Program-made: the position numbers and the translations under genes
Assembly: GCF_006345805.1 (NCBI RefSeq)
Contig: NC_043015.1
Coordinates: 10,788,001 to 10,852,000 of the forward strand
DNA: 64,000 bases
Direction of reading: 5' to 3'
Origin: Octopus sinensis
Taxonomy: Eukaryota
Shown here: positions 54,430-64,000 of the stretch, piece after piece
Layout: every line of letters begins with the position of its first letter
How positions within the stretch are numbered: position 1 is the stretch's first letter
Notes under the pieces: generated by a model
What the model saw: only the letters and a program-made list of their open reading frames with translations
Told to the model about the DNA's origin: nothing
Databases searched by the model: none

Positions 54430-55430
54430 AATGTTCCTCTGAGAAAGGAGCTCGTTTCTAGGAAAGACGGAAAGCCCCAAATTTGGGATACATATAATAA
54501 AAGCGAATGCAAATTTCTAACTTTAATATTTTCTTCCATACTTTTTCTATTCCACTCACAGATAGTATTTTCAAAGTGAAAATTAGTTGATTGAGTTCTT
54601 TTAGTCTGGAGGACAGTGCAAGAATTACTATTGGTATGAATGTGAATTTACAATCTGGGTATACAGTCTGGAAATTTCGAAGCAATTGCCCATAGTGATC
54701 CTCTTTTTCTTTCATTTTGCAAGAGATATTCTCAAAAGCAGATCATCTGCTTTCTCTGACGCTACATTATTTTTTCTATTATGACAGCAGCATGATACGT
54801 CTGCAATTACCAGAGGTTTTGATGGGAATGTGCCTTCATTTGATGCTTAAATATGTACTCAATAATCAGATCTTCTTCATATTTATCGCAAGACAGCATT
54901 TATACCGATGGCAGTGTATATTGCTATAGCGAGAACACTGTATTGCCCAAAGAGATAGCATCTTGATAACGTTTAGGCTGCTGCTGGCACATAGGGTATT
55001 TCTTTTACAAATACGTGACACAATAATCAATTTCGGTTTACATCTTGGGTTTGTTTCTTTTCTTTAGTAAATATTCCGTAGCAACCTCTTGTTCATAGCA
55101 ACCACTTGTTCATAGATTACAAATACATAATTTTAGAATTGTGATGTGATATAACGGTTACGATTCCAAGATCCGCTATATATACATGATGACATTTCTA
55201 TCATATTTACACATTTCTTTGTTTTTTTTTGAGGTATTTTAATCTTATTTATTTTGGTTTATGTCGGAGGTTGTCAGGAAAAGTGTGCTTCCAAAGGAGA
55301 GCATTGCCGATATGCAAGATGTTCTCTTTGTCCTAGAATACCAGGTTCCTCAGTTTATATTTGCTGGTATTGTTCAGCAGGTGGTGTCTGAGAAATACTA
55401 TACGAAAATGGAAGGTTATTTGTCCTGAAC
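54430..55430 (-). mobile_element. Decayed RLE-type LINE 3' fragment
   Basis: HIPIKTSGNC; KEKEDHYGQLLRNFQTVYPDCKFTFIPIVI...ILSVSGIEKVWKKILK. Confidence 0.6.
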
Positions 55431-55521
55431 TCAGACCTGTACATCCTTAACCTCTTCTTAGGTTCAGGCCGTCGATATCACCGCGTATGTACTAAAGTGT
55501 CAATATACGTATATATATATA

Positions 55522-55578
<57 letters not shown>

Positions 55579-56076
55579 TGATTGTGCCTATGCATAAAAG
55601 TATCCAAGTATGATCTTGGCAATCAGTATCCATGTCTGATATCCTAAACCACATAATCAATTCCTATATATATAGCTTGAATGCAGGAAACTGTCTCTCC
55701 GCCCGCAGACGCAAATGCTATAACAATTGTGTCTATCATGAAAGATAATCGTCAAAGTAAACATACACACAACACTTTTTTATGGTATGAATAAGATTAT
55801 TTTTCACCATTATATTTATTTTGCAATGGACTATGCTTAAAAGCCATTTATTCTAATGTATATTTCTCTTTAAGCATTTGCAGAATATGTATAATTAAGC
55901 ACCAAATCATTTTGCGGGGTATATATAGGTGTATGTACACATCAATGCAGCTGTTTATCTTCATGCATGTACAGATATATATATATATATAAACATATAT
56001 ATACATACATATGTGCACATATATTTATGCATAGATAAGCATATCTATGCATATATATATATATATATATATAATA

Positions 56077-56138
<62 letters not shown>

Positions 56139-56749
56139 AAACATTATTGGTGAATGAAGAAATGGAGCTGAACGCAGATTGAACAGAAATCGTTTTATTT
56201 CATTCTACACGTGTTTCGAAAGGCACAAATTACCAAAATCCGATTGAATAATGGGACCATATTGTGTCTTTCTCTGCTGTTTACTGCTGTGATTTTTGCT
56301 ACTAAGGTATCGGTTAAACTTTTGATTAATCTACTACAAGATTATTCATCTTTCTATTTCACATAATATATATATATATATATGTATGTATGTATGTATG
56401 CATGTATGTATGTATGTATATTTACATGCATGTGTACGCATGCTTGCGACTGAAGCAAGGATGTAAGTAGCTAACTATCTTACTAGTTATCTATTTAACT
56501 ATCTATCTATATATACGAACCCAGATACAGACACTCATACAATATTTTTACGATAAATCTATATTCTCGTAAATCAATATGTCCTTGTCTTCCGTGGATA
56601 GAGCTTCATTCTTAGCCAAGCCTAGAAAATAGCGTTTCGATGTATTGTCTTTAATGAACTGTATTATATTTTAACTATTCTACTCTTCATATATATTGTG
56701 CACTGAATTTTTGTTCACTTCAACGACAGCTATTAGGAAGTATATACAT

Positions 56750-56844
<95 letters not shown>

Positions 56845-57199
56845 CTTTCATGGATATACACAGACTGATTTATATATATATATATATATACTATATATTT
56901 GCGTCTGTGTGTACGTATGTGTTCCTATGTTGTTATGTACTTATTATAGAATTGATTGGTTCTGTGAATCTTGTGATACCGACGTAACATCGAGACTTCA
57001 GAGAAATGAAATTCATGTTATACTGAACACAATAAATTCTCTTTTACTTTTAAGTTGTTACTCAAATAGATTATACGATAGCTAGTATAACCATAAGAAA
57101 CACTGAAATCTACTTTCCTTTGCTGACACAATATCCATTAGCAGGTCAACCTATTTTTGACTATATGTCATCGAAACCATCTGCAGCTAAAATATTTTC

Positions 57200-58330
57200 A
57201 TTCATTTCATGAGTGATATGAAATGTTATAGCTTTTTCGCATTCTCTGTTTTTCAGTTAGATTTTTCCTGTCATCGCTTCTGCTTTTATCTATTAAATAC
57301 TTTGAGTATTCTCCGATCTGTACTAGAAAATACGGTTTTTTGCTGTGTATCAAAACCAGTAACTTATAGCGCAAAAAAAGGAGCACAATACATGCCATTA
57401 AGGACAGACTACCTTCTTTCAAAATTTGGAATATTGAAGACCCAAACGTACCAAATCTTAGCTATTCTTTCCCCACTCATTGAGTCACTAATGTACGCAG
57501 ATATAGTATATAGGACCGACTTACTTGAATTCCGATTGGAATTGATGCACAAATCAATTACATTAATATGTGTGTAACCTTTACATAAAACATAGTTTAT
57601 AGACCCACCCGATCCAACATCCCTGCTTAAGCTCTAGGTGAGTAGCGTATTGCACTTCAATAAAATGCTTTGAACCGGATCTCTGCATTAATAATATCTC
57701 GATAGATAAATGCGCTGTTTCCTAGGAAAGCAACAGAAGATGAGGGTTTTCTTTCGTTTCTGAATGAAACTCAATTTCCTCTCAGAAGATCATGAATGAT
57801 GTTTTATCTCGCTGCACTGAGTCGGAACAAAAGACTGCATGTTAAAGATTTGTTGTGAATATTAGCCGTTATTTGAGTTCAGGTTGTGTGATATCAAATG
57901 GACACAAAGTATCTAATAGCCTTCAAGTAAGTTACCCCATGGCAGTTATGTACACGTGATATAACATTCACTTAGATGATTATCCGTTAGCACCATTACA
58001 TTTCAGCTAATGCCTGTCTTTAAAAGAAAACATCAATTTCAAATATGAAATAATACCTGCTATATGGCGATATTTGTGTGGTTGAGAAGAGCGATGGACA
58101 CAATCCTTTGCAGTGTCAACATCTTGACATTTGATGAATGATCGAAGCGTTCCAGACATGATCATACAAATTTTATGGTCAGCAAACATATATCTGGAAA
58201 CAATACACAACGTAATCCTTTCTCTAAGATATATGGTAGCTATTTCAAGCACTCGAGTTATTCAGTCGTTAACTTGTGATTTTAAGAGACCCGCAATGAA
58301 TACTCTCCTCGCTGTATCGACTAAATAACT
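57200..58330 (-). mobile_element. Possible L1/Tx1 RT remnant
   Basis: In order: VLEIATIYLRERI, YMFADH (FADD), IRYFVSI (KYLGI), SGERIAKIWYV. Confidence 0.4.
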
Positions 58331-58821
58331 AACAATGAAGTACATGTATGATTTAAATGAATAGCGAACATTCACACCTATATAGCATATGTTCTTGTCG
58401 CAATTGAAGAAATATAAATCTTATCTTCATTTTCTTCAGGTTATGTAATAATTCTACTTATAGACAGAATAGACAGCAAGTCAGCAGATATACCTACTCT
58501 TATGAGAATAAGAGTATATCTCCTGCATTTTCAGTGATTTCGTAGAGATGATGTTATCGTTACTTGATTTTTAGTCGCATAGCAATTTCCATTATCACAC
58601 TTTCAAACTTATGTTCAACTGATTGTAGATTATTTTCATAATCTTGGATGTTCATCATCATTTCGGTTACTGACACAAAGTGCTTATCTCTTATCTGCAT
58701 TAGTCTCCCGGTAATATATAGAATCACACACACATATTTACACACACATATACATACATACATATGTATGTATGTGTGTGTGTATGTGAGTGTGTATATA
58801 TACGCACACACAAATACATAT

Positions 58822-58874
<53 letters not shown>

Positions 58875-58889
58875 GTGTGTGTGTGTGTA

Positions 58890-58927
<38 letters not shown>

Positions 58928-59310
58928 CAGTGTGAATTTGTGGGTGTTTGTGCGTGTGTGCAAATGTGTAAATACACATGTACGAATATATGCAAATAAT
59001 TAAGTATGTATGTGCTATTCTTGTGCTCTCAAACGAATACATAGATGTGCTGACAATCCTTTCATCAAATGGTCGTATTAGACTGACTTATGGAAATGAT
59101 GACAAGATATATAATTTCAAATTGGCAACAGCGCACACTCATTATATAGGTGAATATATGAGCGATTCATTTTATCAATTCTCATACATTGGTAATACTG
59201 CGAGGACCAAAGCTACACTCAGGTTGTTACCTAAAAGTGTTACCTAGCAAAAAGCGACTCCTAGAAATAGCTAGCAAATCTCCTATTTTTATTAGACACT
59301 AGACACATGT

Positions 59311-59499
59311 TAGGAAGGGGTGCTGAAAAGTTCATGGTTTTAAGGGTATTCCAACAGGCTACCGAGTTCTTTTCCAAAGATTAGAAGAACTGAGGGACCG
59401 CTGCAGTAAATGTGTGAATCGGAGAATAAAATCTGAATTAATTGATACTACTATATTTTCTTTTACCAAAAGACAGGAAATTTTCAGCAAACTCTAGTA
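59311..59499. mobile_element. Mariner/Tc1-type MITE with ~30-bp TIRs and TA ends
   Basis: ta..ggggtgctgaaaagttcatggtttt at the left; aaaagacaggaaattttcagcaaactctagta at the right. Confidence 0.65.
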
Positions 59500-59654
59500 C
59501 TTACAAATTACTTAAACCGAAGTAATGCACTTTCTAGGCTCTCCAAAAACTGAAAGTGGAAACACATTTTGAGAACGACTTTTAGGAAGAATTTCTATCG
59601 TATTTTATAAGCATTTTAAAAATATAAGTTAATATTCTGCATCAAAAATGCTGC

Positions 59655-59865
59655 GAGCTTGCAGAGTCACTTTCAGGCCGGAAGTAATGATTATAGTCAT
59701 TTCGTCTGTCTTTACGCTCTGAGTTCAAATACCGCCGAGGATGACTTTGTCATTCATCTTTTCGGATTCGATATATTAAGCACCAGTTGATTACGAAGGT
59801 CGATTTATTCGACTTAACTTCCATCACACTTGAAATTGTTGGCCTTCTGCTAAAATTTGAAACCA
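59655..59865 (+). mobile_element. SINE family 1, decayed
   Basis: catttcgtctgtctttacgctctgagttcaaataccgccgagg..gactttgtcattcatc. Confidence 0.75.
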
Positions 59866-60304
59866 ATGTTCCATAACCGTCTTAGTGCGGGACATTTTGA
59901 GTATATATTAACATAAATTTATTGAATCTGTTAATAGATTTCTTTAATCATAGACATCACCGGCTAATGTCAATATTTGCCATGCACTTTTGTCATTCTC
60001 TCTACATGATTCAAAGCATATTTCACGTATACGCTTAATAGTCATTATCGTATTTGTAATGCTATTGTAATCGTTTATGGTAGAACACTTAAATTGGTAA
60101 TTTCCTAAGCACTATTTAATTTACGTATATAATACTATTTCCTAGAGTAAATAATGCAATTGTATACCCGTAATTCACAATTCATTACAAGTTTAATGCA
60201 TATCTGCGTGTGAAAATGTGTTTGCATATATGTATTTGTGTGTTTTATATGCACACACAGTCACACGCACATACATACAACCACACATGCACACACTCAT
60301 ATAT

Positions 60305-60730
60305 ATTTCTCTACTACCCACAAGGGGCTAAACATAGAGGGGGACAAACAAGGACAGACAAACGGATTAAAACGATTACATCGACCCCAGTGTGTAACTG
60401 GTACCTAATTTATCGACCCTGAAAGGATGAAAGGCAAAGTCGACCTCGGCGGAATTTGAACCCAGAACGTAAAACCTATTTCTTTATTACAGACGAAATA
60501 CCTATTTCTTTACAACCCACAAGGAGCTAAACACAGAGGGGACAAACAAGGACAGACAAACGGATTAAAACGATTCCATCGACCCCAGTGTGTAACTGGT
60601 ACCTAATTTATCGACCCTGAAAGGATGAAAGGCAAAGTCGACCTCGGCGGAATTTGAACCCAGAACGTAACGGCAGACGAAATACGCTACACATTTTGCC
60701 CGGCGTGCTAACGTTTCTGCCAGCTCGCCG
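60305..60730 (-). mobile_element. SINE family 1 head-to-tail dimer with near-identical units
   Basis: 60310-60471 and ~60507-60668 share private variants (gtgtgtaactgg, aacccagaacg, accctgaaagg); only the right unit has the tRNA-like head. Confidence 0.9.
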
Positions 60731-61480
60731 CCTTTGCACACACTCATATATACACACAGAGACACACATATATAGACAAAGACAGGAAGAGAGAAGAGGG
60801 TGTGGGGGAGTATGTGTGTGTGTTGCATAAAGATTACAAAACCATATAAATATGTATCATATTTTACGTGAAATAAAGATGTTTCTCGCAGCAAACGTCT
60901 CAAAGCTTATCGCGGGTCCTATATGCAAGGTGTAACCTGCCATAACGTAGTTTTGTCACTTATAGTGAATATGCTTTGCTGAAATTTCGGTGCACCTTGT
61001 ACATCTGTACATCCTTCTTTGCCATGAAAAAAAAATGACCCTATATGTGTATAACTTGTACCTGTGAATCAGCTTGTATAGTTACTAATTTCCAGCTTGC
61101 GAATTGAGGTCTATATGGATACAGAGAATAACATATTATACCGCTCATTTACGCGCATCAACGTTCACGTATTTTTACACTTTTACTTTTTACATGTTTC
61201 GGTTATTTGAGTGCAGCCATGCTGGAGCACGGCCTTACATTTTCATATGATTTGTACGTCTGTGTATGTATATTTCTGTACATATAAGCACGACACTTAA
61301 AGCATATGAATACACACATATATGGCTCTTCGTAAAGATTTCGGATATTCTGTATTGAGCTTTTCTGGATCTTATCCTTTGACTCTCTCCTCCCTCTCTC
61401 TCCCTACCCTCTGTCTCTTGCTTTCTTGCTATACATATATATATATATGTGTGTGTGTGTGTGTATGTGTATATATACAT

Positions 61481-61563
<83 letters not shown>

Positions 61564-61759
61564 TATTACATTATATAAAAGGGCTTAGTAAAATAAATTA
61601 CTTTGCCGCATACTGAATTCATTAGAAATAGTAGCTAAAAAAACTTTTTTAAAACTATTTCTAATACTTAAAGAAAACCTCTCTCATATAGTGTTTGCTC
61701 AATTCAACTCACGAAAGTATGGGGGTAAAGACATTAAAAAATCAAATGCAAAGGTTATT

Positions 61760-61811
61760 TGAGAACGTACGTTTCAAGATTAGTCAACTCGACATTTCTA
61801 TCATCAGCTCA
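61760..61811 (-). ncRNA. Type I hammerhead, unit 1
   Basis: Reverse complement of 62857-62908. Confidence 0.72.
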
Positions 61812-62318
61812 GAACTCCTTGGTTTGGATTTGAAAACACTGAAAGTGGGAGCATACCCTTTCGGCTTCTTATCGCTTCTGAAGATCTGCTCGAAACTAAC
61901 AGTGCCAGCAAACTCAAATATGCAAGCGAAGAATTTCTGCTCTCCCCTTTCCACCAGCGTGGGTTAAAATCAGCAACACTATGCTTTTTTCGGTAAAATC
62001 CGAGGCATTAAATAGAGAGAGATGAATTATAATTTCAACAATTGAGGGTAAAATTAATTAATTATTAATCAATTTCACCAAGTATTCAGTATGCAAAGGG
62101 ACCATTTAAGGCGAATTCAAAATATTACATTATATAAAAGGGCTTAGTAAAATAAATTACTTTGCCGCATACTGAACTCATTAGAAATAGTAGCTAGAAA
62201 AACTTTTTTAAAACTATTTCTAATACTTAAAGAAAACCTCTCTCATATAGTGTTTGCTCAATTCAACTCACGAAAGTATGGGGGTAAAGACATTAAAAAA
62301 TCAAATGCAAAGGTTATT

Positions 62319-62370
62319 TGAGAACGTACGTTTCAAGATTAGTCAACTCGACATTTCTATCATCAGCTCA
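62319..62370 (-). ncRNA. Type I hammerhead, unit 2
   Basis: Same sequence as unit 1, 559 nt away. Confidence 0.72.
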
Positions 62371-62856
62371 GAACTCCTTGGTTTGGATTTGAAAACACTG
62401 AAAGTGGGAGCATACCCTTTCGGCTTCTTATCGCTTCTGAAGATCTGCTCGAAACTAACAGTGCCAGCAAACTCAAATATGCAAGCGAAGAATTTCTGCT
62501 CTCCCCTTTCCACCAGCGTGGGTTAAAATCAGCAAACACTATGCTTTTTCCGGTCCCTTAAATGGTCCCTTTGCATACTGAATACTTGGTGAAATTGATT
62601 AATAATTAATTAAGTTTACCCTCAATTGTTGAAATTATAATTCATCTCTCTCTATTTAATGCCTCGGATTTTACCGAAAAAAGCATAGTGTTTGCTGATT
62701 TTAACCCACGCTGGTGGAAAGGGGAGAGCAGAAATTCTCCGCTTGCATATTTGAGTTTGCTGGCACTGTTAGTTTCGAGCAGATCTTCAGAAGCGATAAG
62801 AAGCCGAAAGGGTATGCTCCCACGTTCAGTGTTTTCAAATCCAAACCAAGGAGTTC

Positions 62857-62908
62857 TGAGCTGATGATAGAAATGTCGAGTTGACTAATCTTGAAACGTA
62901 CGTTCTCA
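62857..62908 (+). ncRNA. Type I hammerhead, inverted unit; predicted cleavage after T62904
   Basis: TGAG-CTGATGA-T-AGA-aat-GTC-gagtt-GAC-taa-TCT-T-GAA-ACGTACGT-T-CTCA; palindromic stem III, GUU triplet. Confidence 0.72.
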
Positions 62909-63829
62909 AATAACCTTTGCATTTGATTTTTTAATGTCTTTACCCCCATACTTTCGTGAGTTGAATTGAGCAAACACTATATGAGAGAGGTTTTCTTTAA
63001 GTATTAGAAATAGTTTTAAAAAAGTTTTTTAGCTACTATTTCTAATGAGTTCAGTATGCGGCAAAGTAATTTGTTTTACTAAGGCCTTTTATATAATGTA
63101 ATAATTTGAATTCGCCTTAAATGGTCCCTTTGCATACTGAACACTTGGTGAAATTGATTAATAATTAATTAATTTTACCCTCAATTGTTGAAATTATATA
63201 TATATATATATATATTCCTCTCGTTGCTTCAATACTGATATATAAAGAATCAGATCAATATTATGCAGTAACACCTAATTTTATAGAAAAATCTCGTCGG
63301 GCAATTAGAAATGTCCTGTAAACGCATTTCCACCCGTAGGACAGACGAATAGAAGAAATGAAAAACAAAAACGCCAACAATATCAGTAGGACCACACGCA
63401 CACATTTTCTGGTATAGACACATCCACTGATCTGTAATTACACAATAGTCTGCATACATACCCGGTATAACAACACATGTCGCTCTTTAGATGTGACTAG
63501 TTCTATATGACAACGCATGAAATAACTGGGTTTGAAAGCACTTTCTACCTGTTAAGTGTCTTTTACCATAATACATTTCAAGTATTTTGACAATGTTTGC
63601 CCTGGCATTTCAGATCTCCTGGATCTGCATTCTTTGAAATACCCAAATCATATTTTATTCCTATCAGCAGTTGTTTTCATTTTGCTCTAATATCCGTGGA
63701 CGTCTCCGAGATAAAGTCAAAGTCATCATTTTTTTTTCAAACAACTTGACCACTTATTCTGTTTCTTTTACTGGCCCAAATATTTCATCCTGCGTCTTCA
63801 ATCTATGCATACTCTCTTTACTCTTTTAC

Positions 63830-64000
63830 TCTTTTACTCTTTTACTTGTTTCAGTCATTTGACTGCGGCCATGCTGGAGCACCGCCTTTAGTCGATCAAA
63901 TTGACCCCGGAACTTATTCTTTTTAAGTCCAGTACTTATTCTATCGGTCTGTTTTGCCGAACCGCTAAGTGGCGGGGACGTAAACACACCAGCATCGGTT
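63830..64000 (-). mobile_element. SINE family 2, runs off the window end
   Basis: tacttgtttcagtcatttgactgcggccatgctggagcaccgcc...ttgccgaaccgctaagt..cggggacgtaaacacaccagcatcgg. Confidence 0.85.

Larger units (their letters stand above)
61562..63198. repeat. 559-bp unit: direct repeat 61562-62554 (~1.8 units), then inverted, permuted repeat 62556-63198 (~1.15 units); (TA)n on both sides
   Basis: Identical ORF-track peptides at 61695 and 62254 (offset 559) and at 62701(-); ccttaaatggtccc recurs at 62556 and 63115. Confidence 0.97.

Noticed and set aside
61879-61912. Opposite-polarity CTGAAGA-tctgctc-GAAAC-taaca-GT-G in the 559-bp unit
   Set aside because: No stem II or stem I pairing and a non-cleavable GUG; kept only as a curiosity.
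61695-62973. Thrice-repeated 90-aa ORF MLNSTHESMG...
   Set aside because: Starts at TTG, has no recognisable domain, is antisense to the HHR, and its identity reflects the DNA repeat.
63300-63760. ECRSRRSEMPGQTLSKYL as an L1/Tx1 linker remnant
   Set aside because: One loose motif with no flanking support.

Overview
AT-rich, microsatellite-dense animal genomic DNA made almost entirely of transposon-derived sequence. The SINE families and repeat spectrum look like Octopus (inference from recalled consensus motifs, not a search). I could not support any host protein-coding exon; nearly all ORF-track entries are microsatellite translations. Recognisable elements: tRNA-headed SINEs of several families, a decayed mariner plus a mariner-type MITE, a decayed RTE LINE, R4/Dong-like RLE LINE fragments associated with (TAA)n, weak L1/Tx1 remnants, and several Penelope-like elements (PLEs). 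One PLE is a near-complete Naiad-type copy folded back between 1.75-kb inverted arms. The main signal is a population of type I hammerhead ribozyme (HHR) motifs, about 7 well formed and about 8 variant or decayed, mostly in fold-back or tandem non-coding units next to (TA)n. Best candidates for something new: a 559-bp non-coding HHR unit arranged as a direct dimer plus a circularly permuted inverted copy (61562-63198, retrozyme-like), a 454-bp near-perfect palindrome carrying two HHRs (25692-26145), and a mini-element family with a recurrent CCGACGA core variant. All alignments and folds were done by eye; element boundaries are approximate.
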